This document shows, piece by piece, positions 7,528 through 16,007 of a stretch of 18,437 nucleotides of DNA. Both the position numbers and the translations under genes were made by a program. The notes beneath the pieces are model-generated. The model was not told the DNA's origin and ran no database searches. It worked only from the letters and a program-made list of their open reading frames with translations. Each line of letters opens with the position of its first letter. Within the stretch, counting starts at the first letter, position 1. The DNA is from Candidatus Micrarchaeaceae archaeon. Lineage in GTDB: Archaea > Micrarchaeota > Micrarchaeia > Micrarchaeales > Micrarchaeaceae. The stretch is from the NCBI GenBank assembly GCA_050013715.1, contig JBEKES010000016.1:1-18437 (forward strand). The letters run 5' to 3'.

Positions 7528-7611
7528 ATTTGGATTTGCATAACTTGAATTGAAGATAGTGTTCTAGATTTGAAATTCTTTCTATAGAATAGAGATAAAT
7601 CTAATCCAAAT
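7528..7611. terminator. Nested inverted repeats between convergent genes, possible bidirectional terminator
   Basis: TAGATTT 7565-7571 / AAATCTA 7597-7603 around palindrome TTCTATAGAA 7580-7589; outer ATTTGGATT 7528-7536 / AATCCAAAT 7603-7611. Confidence 0.35.
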
Positions 7612-7617
7612 AATTAT

Positions 7618-8271
7618 TTACTTATTTCTTTTTCCTGAACCTTTATTCTTTGTAATGAAAAGCACAAGCAGAATTGCTATGATTATTACTAATGCAAGAA
7701 TAATGAAAACGTAGCTACTATTGGATTGGTTATACTTTATTGCACCTCCAGGGTTGCCTGTGAATATAGTTGATGTTGCTGTAGATACAATTGTAGTTGC
7801 AATTGTTGATTGCTGGGTTGTAGTGGCAGATGACGAAGTTACTGTTGATACTGAAGTAGAAGTTGTGGAATTTGATTTCAAGTTAAGCGTAAAAACAGCA
7901 TGATTTACTGCTACTCCAGTGCTGTTTCCATTTAATGTAATGTTCCATGTTGTCTGATTTACGCTATGGTCCAGGAAAATATACATGGTTCCATTAATTG
8001 TAGGATTACCGAATTTATTGCTGAGAATTACGCTAACATTGTGTGAGCTAAGCTTCACACTGTTTACCACATAAAGGTCAGTGCTGAATGAATAATAACC
8101 GCTAATTAATTTAAGACTATAATTTACAGTAACATTGCCTCCTGGTAGTACATTTGCCGAATATCTAGAAAGCGTAATGTTCTCTACACCTGTAATTGTT
8201 GCATTACTAAACGCTCCAAACAACATCAACATTATGCCAAAAAGCATAATAAAAGATATCTTATTTACCAT
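7618..8271 (-). CDS. Cell-surface glycoprotein (signal peptide, beta-rich domain, Ser/Thr stalk, C-terminal TM anchor)
   Basis: Start re-called to ATG 8271 (MVNKISFIMLFG...); 12 N-x-S/T sequons counted (NPT excluded); STTSTSVSTVTSSSATTT stalk; YVFIILALVIIIAILLVLFI followed by a basic tail. Confidence 0.82.
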   Translation of the reverse strand: MVNKISFIMLFGIMLMLFGAFSNATITGVENITLSRYSANVLPGGNVTVNYSLKLISGYYSFSTDLYVVNSVKLSSHNVSVILSNKFGNPTINGTMYIFLDHSVNQTTWNITLNGNSTGVAVNHAVFTLNLKSNSTTSTSVSTVTSSSATTTQQSTIATTIVSTATSTIFTGNPGGAIKYNQSNSSYVFIILALVIIIAILLVLFITKNKGSGKRNK

Positions 8272-8376
8272 TATATCTGTAAATATTTCTATGTAAACTA
8301 TTAAGAAACTTATTATAAATAGTTCAGCATAGTTCAACTACAAAAGTCTTAAAAAGCTCTAAAAAGACATGGTATA

Positions 8377-8817
8377 ATGGAAACTTTCAAGAAAACTACA
8401 AAGAATTCAGTGGCATTTGTAATCTATAACAAAGATCATACAAAATTTCTTGCAGTGCAAAGACCTTCTAATGATGAAGACCTTCCTAATGTGTGGGGAT
8501 TGCCTGCAGGTTCACTAAAAGACAATGAATCATTTGAAGATGCTGTGATACGAGCAGGTATAGAAAAACTTGGCGTGGAATTAGGAATAACAAAAGAACG
8601 AAACGAAGGTAGTATAGAAAGGAAAAATTTCGTATTATTTATGAAAGAATATGAAGTTGAAATTGTTGGAGGCGAACCAAAAGTTCCTCAACCTATTTCA
8701 GGTATTACGCAATATCAAAATTGGAAATGGGCAACAGCTGATGATTTAGTTGAAGCTGCACAAAAAGGTTCTTTGGGTTCTAGACTTTACCTTGAAAGCG
8801 TAAACCGTACTTGGTAA
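8377..8817 (+). CDS. Nudix-fold protein with degenerate Nudix box
   Basis: FLAVQRP...WGLPAGSLKDNESFEDAVIRAGIEKLGVE; canonical RExxEExG appears as RAGIEKLG. Confidence 0.85.
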   Translation: METFKKTTKNSVAFVIYNKDHTKFLAVQRPSNDEDLPNVWGLPAGSLKDNESFEDAVIRAGIEKLGVELGITKERNEGSIERKNFVLFMKEYEVEIVGGEPKVPQPISGITQYQNWKWATADDLVEAAQKGSLGSRLYLESVNRTW

Positions 8818-8890
8818 ATACTGTCAATTCAATAAAAAGCAGAACTAATCAATCTATATAAAACTTAAATACGATATATTCTTGAATTCT

Positions 8891-9550
8891 ATGCAATTTA
8901 AGCAGCTCTTCGAAGGGGTTTATCTAATAGACAACAAGCTTGCCACTGCCAATCTTTCCAGAGGCAAGAAAGTATACAATGAGGATCTTGTGGATAACGA
9001 GGGAATTGAATACAGGTCGTGGAACCCCTACCGCAGCAAGCTTTCAGCTGCGCTTCTTAATGGACTGAAGAACATGCACATAGTCAAAGGCAGCAACGTC
9101 CTTTATCTTGGTGCAGCTACCGGCACTACCGTAAGCCATGTGAGCGACATTGTTTCAAATAACGGAAGAGTCTATGCAATCGAGCTTTCCGAACGCAATG
9201 TTAGGAACCTTCTAGAAGTGTGTGAATCGCGCAGGAACATACTGCCAATACTTAGCGATGCAATGGCAACAGATAATTACGTTGATGTGATCGAGAAGTG
9301 CGATTTCATCTATCAGGACATATCTGCAAGGAACCAGGCTGAGATTCTCCTTGAGAATGAAATATTCCTGAAAAAAGGAGGTTATGCCTACTTCATAATA
9401 AAATCCCAGAGCATAGACATATCCATAAGCCCTAAGGATGTTTACAGGAACGAACTGGAAAAGCTCAAGGGCAAGTTCGAGCTTGTGGAAAGTCTGAGCC
9501 TTGAGCCCTACGACAGCATGCATTTATTCGCTGTGCTTAAAAAGCTATAG
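8891..9550 (+). CDS. flpA: Fibrillarin-like rRNA/tRNA 2'-O-methyltransferase
   Basis: KVYNE, EYRSWNPYRSKLSAA, VLYLGAATGTTVSHVSDIV, NILPIL, IKSQSID, LEPYD. ATG 8891 preferred over TTG 8882. Confidence 0.97.
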   Translation: MQFKQLFEGVYLIDNKLATANLSRGKKVYNEDLVDNEGIEYRSWNPYRSKLSAALLNGLKNMHIVKGSNVLYLGAATGTTVSHVSDIVSNNGRVYAIELSERNVRNLLEVCESRRNILPILSDAMATDNYVDVIEKCDFIYQDISARNQAEILLENEIFLKKGGYAYFIIKSQSIDISISPKDVYRNELEKLKGKFELVESLSLEPYDSMHLFAVLKKL

Positions 9551-9580
9551 TCCTATAATTGAATTATCATGGGTTAGACA

Positions 9581-10435
9581 ATGGCCATTACGGATTATTC
9601 AAATAGATTGCAGGCATTGGAGCAGGATGCACATCTGCTGATATGCGATTATTGCGGAGTTGAAACACTATCAATAGGCGACATTGGCATATGCTCGAAC
9701 TGCGAGTGCATAATAACCACATCCAAGCAAAATCTTGAAGGAACCGACCATCTTTTGCTGGGATCTCTTAACTCCATACTTGAAAACACGGCCAAGTCAA
9801 ATTATGGCGCTGTTGTTGAAACCTATAATGGTCTAATTGCTGAGAGAAAACTGCCGCAGTTCCTTTATGCTGCCGCCCTTTCCCACATAAAATACTCAAA
9901 CCATGAGATTACACTCATAAACTACCTAAAGCCCGGATTCATGGACGACAATACTGTTCACAGGAACAATGCGGCAAAGCTCGCATCTTCTGCAAAGAAA
10001 CTGCTCACAAAAGCGATAAAAATGGCCAAGGACGAGCTGGCAGAGTCAAAAGGCTCCATGAACCTGCAGTATACGCTGTTCCTTGCGCAATTGAAGATGA
10101 ACATGCTTCGCGCATCAAAGTCCAGCCTTGATGAACTGAAGAAGCTTGCCAGTGATACTACTCAAGGGATCAACAACGAATATGTCTATAATTACGCATC
10201 CATGATATTCGAGGCAAAGCGGGAAAAGTATGACTCTGTAACAAAAATCGCAAAGAGCCTGATGCTAAGGGAGAGCTTTTCAATAAATGCCTATTATTAC
10301 ACTGCCCTTGCGTTTTTCAAGGAAAGAAAGCTTGCAGATGCAAAGGCTCTGCTTGATCTATTGAATAACAAAATAAGCAGGAACGAAAGCCTTGAGGCAC
10401 TCAGCTTCGAAGTAGATTACCAGATATCTACTTAG
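9581..10435 (+). CDS. Hypothetical protein: N-terminal Zn-ribbon plus helical, TPR-like remainder
   Basis: CDYC...CSNC pair near the N-terminus; Ala/Leu/Tyr-rich helices such as AYYYTALAFFKERKLADAKALLDLL. Confidence 0.75.
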   Translation: MAITDYSNRLQALEQDAHLLICDYCGVETLSIGDIGICSNCECIITTSKQNLEGTDHLLLGSLNSILENTAKSNYGAVVETYNGLIAERKLPQFLYAAALSHIKYSNHEITLINYLKPGFMDDNTVHRNNAAKLASSAKKLLTKAIKMAKDELAESKGSMNLQYTLFLAQLKMNMLRASKSSLDELKKLASDTTQGINNEYVYNYASMIFEAKREKYDSVTKIAKSLMLRESFSINAYYYTALAFFKERKLADAKALLDLLNNKISRNESLEALSFEVDYQIST

Positions 10436-12152
10436 ATATGAATATGAACTGCATCTTGCTTTTGTCGTCCAGTATGCAGAAACCGAACCTCTCGAATTGT
10501 ATTATCTCATGATCATCGAGCCGTGCAGCATAATTCTCAACATAGCCTTCATTTATCCTCAAACTTTTTGGATTGAATTCACCTTTTTCATCAAGCGGGC
10601 TTCCAGGCATGAATATCTTGCATGGTATGTAATTACCATCGCTCACCCACTGCACTCTTTTTGTATCTTTGCTGAATTCCATTTCAGTTAAATTACCCAC
10701 AAGTCCATCCTTTTCTCTTTCAACTTCAACATTGAAGAGCTCTTTGAGTTTTATTACTTCATGATCCTTCAAGTTTGATGCATCTTCTCCGCTTATGTAG
10801 AATCTATTATTGATTATGTATTTTCTGGAACCCAAATCATTTGACGGATGCAGCTTGATTTCTATTTCTGCAGATTCAAAGTTCTTTACTGTCAAATCAA
10901 CAGGTCCTGGTATGTAATAAAGCCTTTTTGCAGTAGGATCTATGAGTTTCTTGTTCTCATCCAAAAGCATCGATATGTCTACACTGCTCTCTGCCTTGCT
11001 CATTCCGAATCTAAGGACGAATTCCCTAATTGCTTCTGGCTTTATGCCTCTTCTTCGCAATGCGCTTATAGTGATAAGTCTTGGATCATCATACCCTTTG
11101 ATATAACCATCTTTTATCAATTTGTTCAGTTCACGCTTTGAGGTTATGTTGTCTTTGATTGGTATTCTTGCATGAAGGTGCATTCTTGGCTTCCGCAATT
11201 GCAGTGCATCAAGAACCATGTCATATAGAGGGCCCCTTAATTCATATTCCTTTGTCCTTATGGCATCTGTAACTCCGTTTATGGAATCGTTTATCGGAGT
11301 ATTGAAATCGTAAAGCGGCCATACTATGTATTTTGTACCCTGCCTGTAATGGTTTGCTTTTTTTATTCTTAGTATTGTTGGGTCGCGCAATGCCGTATTG
11401 AGCGACTTCATGTCACCCTTGAATCTTATTACTATTTTTTCCTCATCGTATTTGTTCGCAAGCATCATTTCAAACTTGTTCAAATTATCTGAAGGAGAGG
11501 CATTCCTGTGCTTGCATTCTGTTCCTTCGAACCTGTATTTTTTTATTTCTTCTCCATTGCACTCGCATGCATATGCGTTTCCCGATGATATCAGCATTTT
11601 TGCATATTCATATATTTTTTCCATGCTGTCGCTTGCAAAGTATTCCTTGTCAAATTTTATTCCCAGCCAGTTAAGGTCCCTTCTAAATGCATCGACAAAT
11701 TCCTGGGATTCCTTTTCAGGGTTCGAGTCATCGAAGTAAAGGAATATCTTGCCTTCATATATTTTTGCAAATTCCTGAGCTAGATATGCTGCATTGGCAT
11801 GCCCTAAGTGCATATAGCCGCTAGGCTCTGGTGCGAATCTTGTTGCAAAATCTCCTTTAACTGCTCCTTCGAGAACCATCTTTGGTTTTGATGTTGTTTC
11901 AACTTTCTTCTCGTATTTTTCATCAAACTCCTTTTCATAATTCTTGTATTCATTTTCAAGCTCCCCTTTTGAAAGAGAATTTACTTCATCAATTATCTTT
12001 TGTATTGCTATTCTCAGTTCGCCTGTCTGGTCTTTTGGTACCTCTCTTATCACTTTGCCGAAGACGTTCTCCATTCTGGCTTTTCCGTAATCAATTGCAT
12101 TTTTTACCGCATACTTTCTTATCATGTCATTGATTTCTTTTTTTATGGGCAC
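10428..12152 (-). CDS. gltX: Glutamate--tRNA ligase (archaeal type)
   Basis: TRFAPEPSGYMHLGH (HIGH motif), FDDSNPEKE, LRDP, WPLYDF, ITSKR (KMSKS position), DDPRLITISALRRRG, QFERFGF. GTG start. Confidence 0.97.
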   Translation of the reverse strand: MPIKKEINDMIRKYAVKNAIDYGKARMENVFGKVIREVPKDQTGELRIAIQKIIDEVNSLSKGELENEYKNYEKEFDEKYEKKVETTSKPKMVLEGAVKGDFATRFAPEPSGYMHLGHANAAYLAQEFAKIYEGKIFLYFDDSNPEKESQEFVDAFRRDLNWLGIKFDKEYFASDSMEKIYEYAKMLISSGNAYACECNGEEIKKYRFEGTECKHRNASPSDNLNKFEMMLANKYDEEKIVIRFKGDMKSLNTALRDPTILRIKKANHYRQGTKYIVWPLYDFNTPINDSINGVTDAIRTKEYELRGPLYDMVLDALQLRKPRMHLHARIPIKDNITSKRELNKLIKDGYIKGYDDPRLITISALRRRGIKPEAIREFVLRFGMSKAESSVDISMLLDENKKLIDPTAKRLYYIPGPVDLTVKNFESAEIEIKLHPSNDLGSRKYIINNRFYISGEDASNLKDHEVIKLKELFNVEVEREKDGLVGNLTEMEFSKDTKRVQWVSDGNYIPCKIFMPGSPLDEKGEFNPKSLRINEGYVENYAARLDDHEIIQFERFGFCILDDKSKMQFIFISK

Positions 12153-12159
12153 TATATCA

Positions 12160-12762
12160 TCATGGGTTATAGCTTATTTTTATCTGGTTATTGTACACGC
12201 TTCCGTTTCTTGTAAGAAGTGCAGATATGCCTACATTTATTGTGCTGCCTACGCTTTTCACATTGTTTAGATAAACGGAGTAATTCCTGCTTGTCAAATG
12301 TATGCTTATCGGAGTATTGGTATAGTAAAGCGTTGCGCTGGCAGGCAGAGTTATCTGCGCTGTGGAACCTACATTTATCGAATTCGAGTCTTTTGATGTG
12401 TTGTATATCTCTTGCTGCAACTGATATGCGGTAATATTATTCAAAACCACTTCAAAGCTGTTATTGGTGTATATGTAATTATCAACAATACCGTTTGCCT
12501 CAAGCGAGGAAAGTAAATTCGTCACGTTGTTCTTCGAGGAATTGGTGCTGTTCGAAAATGTCACGTATGTTATGTAGCTGTAATTTTCTATTATCGCATT
12601 GACGCTTCCAGTGGAATAGAATGTTTGCTGCGATGCGACAGTGCTGGTGCTCGTGCTTCCAGCTACGTTGTTATTGTTGAAGGAGGCATAGGCAGAAATG
12701 AATATGACTGCAATAAGTATGGCTCCAATAAGCAATATTATACTCTTTGTTTTAGATTGCAT
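12160..12762 (-). CDS. Membrane-anchored or secreted hypothetical protein (Asn/Ser/Thr-rich)
   Basis: N-terminal hydrophobic helix IILLIGAILIAVIFISAYA; many N-x-S/T sequons; ATG 12762 behind AGTGA; 7 bp upstream of gltX. Confidence 0.8.
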   Translation of the reverse strand: MQSKTKSIILLIGAILIAVIFISAYASFNNNNVAGSTSTSTVASQQTFYSTGSVNAIIENYSYITYVTFSNSTNSSKNNVTNLLSSLEANGIVDNYIYTNNSFEVVLNNITAYQLQQEIYNTSKDSNSINVGSTAQITLPASATLYYTNTPISIHLTSRNYSVYLNNVKSVGSTINVGISALLTRNGSVYNNQIKISYNP

Positions 12763-12855
12763 AGAAATCACTATGTGGTAATATACGTTATAATTCTTTC
12801 AAAAGTATTTTATTGGTATAATATAAAGCTATTTTGATTAATTGAAGGTAATATT

Positions 12856-13572
12856 ATGGCATTCAAAGATGGAGACTTTTTGGAAGTAGAATACACAGCG
12901 TGGACAGCTTCGGATAACGGCATGATTTCAACAACGGACGAAAAGAAGGCAAAGGAGGCAAACCTTTACGACAAGAAGGTAACCTACGGCCCTGTCCTTG
13001 TGGTACTGGGCTCGAACAGCGTGATAAAAGGGCTTGATGCCGCTCTTAGGACAATGAGCTTAAACGAGCAGAAAAAGCTTACGTTCAAGCCAGAAGAGGC
13101 ATTCGGCGAAAGAATAGCTGACTTGGTAAGAGTTATGCCTCTATCCGAATTCAAGAAAAGGGACATGGATCCATATCCTGGAATGCAGGTTAACATGGAC
13201 AACATGACAGTAATAGTAAAAAGCGTTAATTCAGGTAGGGTGGTAGTTGATGCAAATCATCCCTATGCTGGACAGGAAATAATATACGAGATAAAAGTAA
13301 CAAAGCAGCTCACAGCGGAAAAGGAAAAGGTAAAGGCGCTTGGCAAAACCTATAATGTTGAGCCATCGGAAGTTGAGCAAAAAGAAAAAGCAATACACGT
13401 AAAATACAATAATACAGTGAAAAAGAACGCGGATTATTTCGTAGGAAAGGCAAACATGATTGCATCGGTTTTCACTTATTTCAAGGAAATAGAAAAAGTC
13501 AACATAGAAGAGGAATACCTAAGGCCTAAAGAAGGGGAAACTCCAGAAAAAGAAACGGAAGAGGAAGAATAA
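12856..13572 (+). CDS. slyD: FKBP-type peptidyl-prolyl isomerase (archaeal long type, SlyD-like with IF domain)
   Basis: GDFLEVEYT, STTDE, VIKGLDAAL, PEEAFGER, PYPGM, GRVVVDANHPYAG; acidic C-terminal tail; RBS GAAGGT. Confidence 0.93.
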   Translation: MAFKDGDFLEVEYTAWTASDNGMISTTDEKKAKEANLYDKKVTYGPVLVVLGSNSVIKGLDAALRTMSLNEQKKLTFKPEEAFGERIADLVRVMPLSEFKKRDMDPYPGMQVNMDNMTVIVKSVNSGRVVVDANHPYAGQEIIYEIKVTKQLTAEKEKVKALGKTYNVEPSEVEQKEKAIHVKYNNTVKKNADYFVGKANMIASVFTYFKEIEKVNIEEEYLRPKEGETPEKETEEEE

Positions 13573-13582
13573 ATAGGATCCT

Positions 13583-14164
13583 ATGATCATCTATCTAATA
13601 AGACACGGAGAAACTACTGGGGACGTAGAAGATAGGTATGGTGGGGATTATGATGATAATCTATCTCCCAAAGGCATAAAAGAATCCAAAGACCTTGCAA
13701 AAAAACTTAAGAACAAGGGAATAGAAATAATTTTTGTTAGCCCAAGAATAAGGGCTTTAGAATCTGCAAGTATTGTTAATAAGTCATTGAAATCAAAGTT
13801 AAAAATTGTTGAAAATCTAAAAGAACGCAACAATTACGGCATATTAACTGGTTTGGTAAAATCTGAAGCGAAGTTGAAATATCCTAACGAAGTTAAGGAA
13901 TTAGAACGTGGATTTTCTCATAATGTAAAGAGTTCCGAGAATTATAAACATTTCAAAAATAGAGTTGTAAAAGCATTTACTAATATTACTAAAGAAAAAT
14001 ATGGTACTATAGCTGTTCTTACACATGGAGGACCCATAAGGTGCATCCTTAGAGAAGTGTTGAAATCAGGAGAACTCAAGAGTTTAGGCGATTGTGCAGT
14101 TTTTGTAATAGATAAAAATAAAAGCAAATTTTCATTAGTAAGTTTGCATGGGGCCAAATTTTGA
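13583..14164 (+). CDS. Histidine phosphatase superfamily protein (phosphoglycerate mutase-like)
   Basis: YLIRHGET, LSPKG, SPRIRALES, LKERNNYG, VLTHGGPIR. Confidence 0.92.
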   Translation: MIIYLIRHGETTGDVEDRYGGDYDDNLSPKGIKESKDLAKKLKNKGIEIIFVSPRIRALESASIVNKSLKSKLKIVENLKERNNYGILTGLVKSEAKLKYPNEVKELERGFSHNVKSSENYKHFKNRVVKAFTNITKEKYGTIAVLTHGGPIRCILREVLKSGELKSLGDCAVFVIDKNKSKFSLVSLHGAKF

Positions 14165-14172
14165 TTGATAAT

Positions 14173-15114
14173 TTATTTTGAATGCCTCTTGATTATGTAT
14201 TCCTCGACTATCTCGCTTGCTCCATGTTTGTAATTTACTCTTGGGTTGAATCCTAGTTCTTTCTCTGCCTTTGATATGTTGAATAACCTGTTGCTTGTGA
14301 TTCTGCTTATGTGCTCTGCCGTTAGCTTTGAACTCTTCCCTTTCAATTTGCTGGAAATTGTTTTGTAATGCGCCATAAATGTCGCCAATGCAGGAGATAT
14401 TTTCTTTGTTGGTTTAGCTACCTTTAGGTCATTGGCAAGCAGGGCAAAAAGCTCTCTCTGCGTCTTTGTGTCTCTTCCAGCAACAAGGTATATTTCTCCT
14501 TTCTTGCCTTTGTCCTTTGCCAATACCAATGCCTGTACAAGATCATCAACATGAATCCACTGTATCATGTTGTCACCAGTTCCTATCAGTCTCATCTTGC
14601 CTTTTTCTATTTGCGATAATACGAACTGAAAACCATCATTAAAGCCGGGTCCGTATATTACCGGTGCCCTAAGCACTATTCCATCCTTATCAAGCACTAA
14701 CTTTTCTGCAATCTCCTTTGTTTTTCCGTAATGGCTTGAGGGATTGCACGGCGTTTTCTCATTGGCAGGATTGTGCTTCATCTTTTTTCCATATACGGAA
14801 GTTGTTGACTGAAAAATGAATTTATCTGCTTTCGAAAATTCAAGAAGGTTTTTTGTTCCATTCACATTCACGTCATACATTAGTTTTTTCGGAACAGGGT
14901 TATAGTCTACCATTGCAGCAAGATGATAGATTGTATCTGCACCCTCCACCGCTTTCTTTACTGTAATCTTGTCTAGAATATCACCTACAACTACTTCAAC
15001 TCCTTTTATCTCAGTTTCCTCTTTGCTAAGAACACGAACTGTTTCCCCATTTTTTACCAACTCTTGGACAAGGTGCTTTCCCAGATGCCCTGCTCCTCCA
15101 GTTACTAATATCAT
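14173..15114 (-). CDS. NAD-dependent epimerase/dehydratase (extended SDR)
   Basis: ILVTGGAGHLG, HLAA, NVNGTKNLL, STTSVYG, YGKTK (YxxxK), LRAPVIYGPG, IHVDD. Confidence 0.93.
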   Translation of the reverse strand: MILVTGGAGHLGKHLVQELVKNGETVRVLSKEETEIKGVEVVVGDILDKITVKKAVEGADTIYHLAAMVDYNPVPKKLMYDVNVNGTKNLLEFSKADKFIFQSTTSVYGKKMKHNPANEKTPCNPSSHYGKTKEIAEKLVLDKDGIVLRAPVIYGPGFNDGFQFVLSQIEKGKMRLIGTGDNMIQWIHVDDLVQALVLAKDKGKKGEIYLVAGRDTKTQRELFALLANDLKVAKPTKKISPALATFMAHYKTISSKLKGKSSKLTAEHISRITSNRLFNISKAEKELGFNPRVNYKHGASEIVEEYIIKRHSK

Positions 15115-15118
15115 TGTA

Positions 15119-15790
15119 TCAATTTACTCTTTTTTCAACAAGCTCCTGCCTTAGTATTATGCTGTATCTTGATTCCATTGGTTCTTCCGTATTCATTTCA
15201 ACCTTATGGAATGGGTTTTTCAAGTCTTTATAGGAACCTCTCATCAGAGTCAGGTCTCCTGGCTCTGCAGTGTAAGATATTTCTCCGGCTCCATCTCTTG
15301 ACAATGCAAAATATATTTTTGCTGTGCCTTTTAGGGAGAATATGCCTATTAAATTCAAATCCCTTTTTGGATCTCTATGGTAAGAGATATGTCCATTTTT
15401 TGGATACTTGTGCAAACCTATGGAATTTACCATATCTACTTTTTCAAAGCCAAATTCTTTTCCAATCCTGTTGTAAATAACAATTGTGTACAGCTTTGCT
15501 AATTCTCTGATATTCTGCAAATGATTTAATGTAATTTCGGATCCGTTTGAATTGCTTCCGCTGAAGTAAACCTTAGAAAAATTCTGGGTTGCCCTGCCTT
15601 CCACAGGACTAGCTTTTTTCAGTGCTCCCATGGTATCAAGCCCCAACGCCTCTTCTTTCAATGCGCGCAGGAACCTGTTGTTCAAAAAATTAGGAATATG
15701 AATTGCGCCTATTTTTTCCGGGTCGAACAATTCTGCGTATCTTTCAGTGCCTTCAACAAAACGGTCCAGATTGACCCTTACTGTTTGCAT
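15119..15790 (-). CDS. 2-oxoglutarate/Fe(II)-dependent dioxygenase (AlkB-like fold)
   Basis: Y...ISYHRD (HxD), PGDLTLMRG, distal His in PFHKV, C-terminal RYSIILR (RxSxxxR); RBS GGTG. Confidence 0.82.
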   Translation of the reverse strand: MQTVRVNLDRFVEGTERYAELFDPEKIGAIHIPNFLNNRFLRALKEEALGLDTMGALKKASPVEGRATQNFSKVYFSGSNSNGSEITLNHLQNIRELAKLYTIVIYNRIGKEFGFEKVDMVNSIGLHKYPKNGHISYHRDPKRDLNLIGIFSLKGTAKIYFALSRDGAGEISYTAEPGDLTLMRGSYKDLKNPFHKVEMNTEEPMESRYSIILRQELVEKRVN

Positions 15791-15806
15791 TGGCGCACCA
15801 GTTGCA

Positions 15807-15998
15807 CTAGGATTTTATGTTTATTGCATAGGTGCTGTTGATCTTAACACCAAGCAGTTTGGCTATTGACGACTTTTCCGCATTTATTATTATCGCATAG
15901 CCGCTCCACTTTGTCGTAAGGTCCTTAGACCCGCAGCTAGGACATGTGTCCCCGTGGCTTATTATCAATCTGCAGTTTCTGCATGCTTTTTCTTCCAT
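15807..15998 (-). CDS. spt4: Transcription elongation factor Spt4 (RpoE'')
   Basis: ACRNC...CPSCGS, WSGYAIII, SSIAKLLG, YAINI; directly downstream of rpoE1. Confidence 0.95.
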   Translation of the reverse strand: MEEKACRNCRLIISHGDTCPSCGSKDLTTKWSGYAIIINAEKSSIAKLLGVKINSTYAINIKS

Positions 15999-16007
15999 AT
16001 GATCACT

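Noticed and set aside
8272..8337. Upstream start for the surface protein
   Set aside because: Would consume the divergent promoter; the signal peptide begins at ATG 8271.
11715..11732. GGTTCGAGTC T-loop-like motif (tRNA?)
   Set aside because: Inside gltX on the opposite strand (codes DDSNP); no cloverleaf.
12157..12163. Box C motif (ATGATGA, minus strand) suggesting a C/D sRNA near fibrillarin
   Set aside because: It is the tandem TGA stop of the upstream gene, and no box D (CTGA) lies at a suitable distance.
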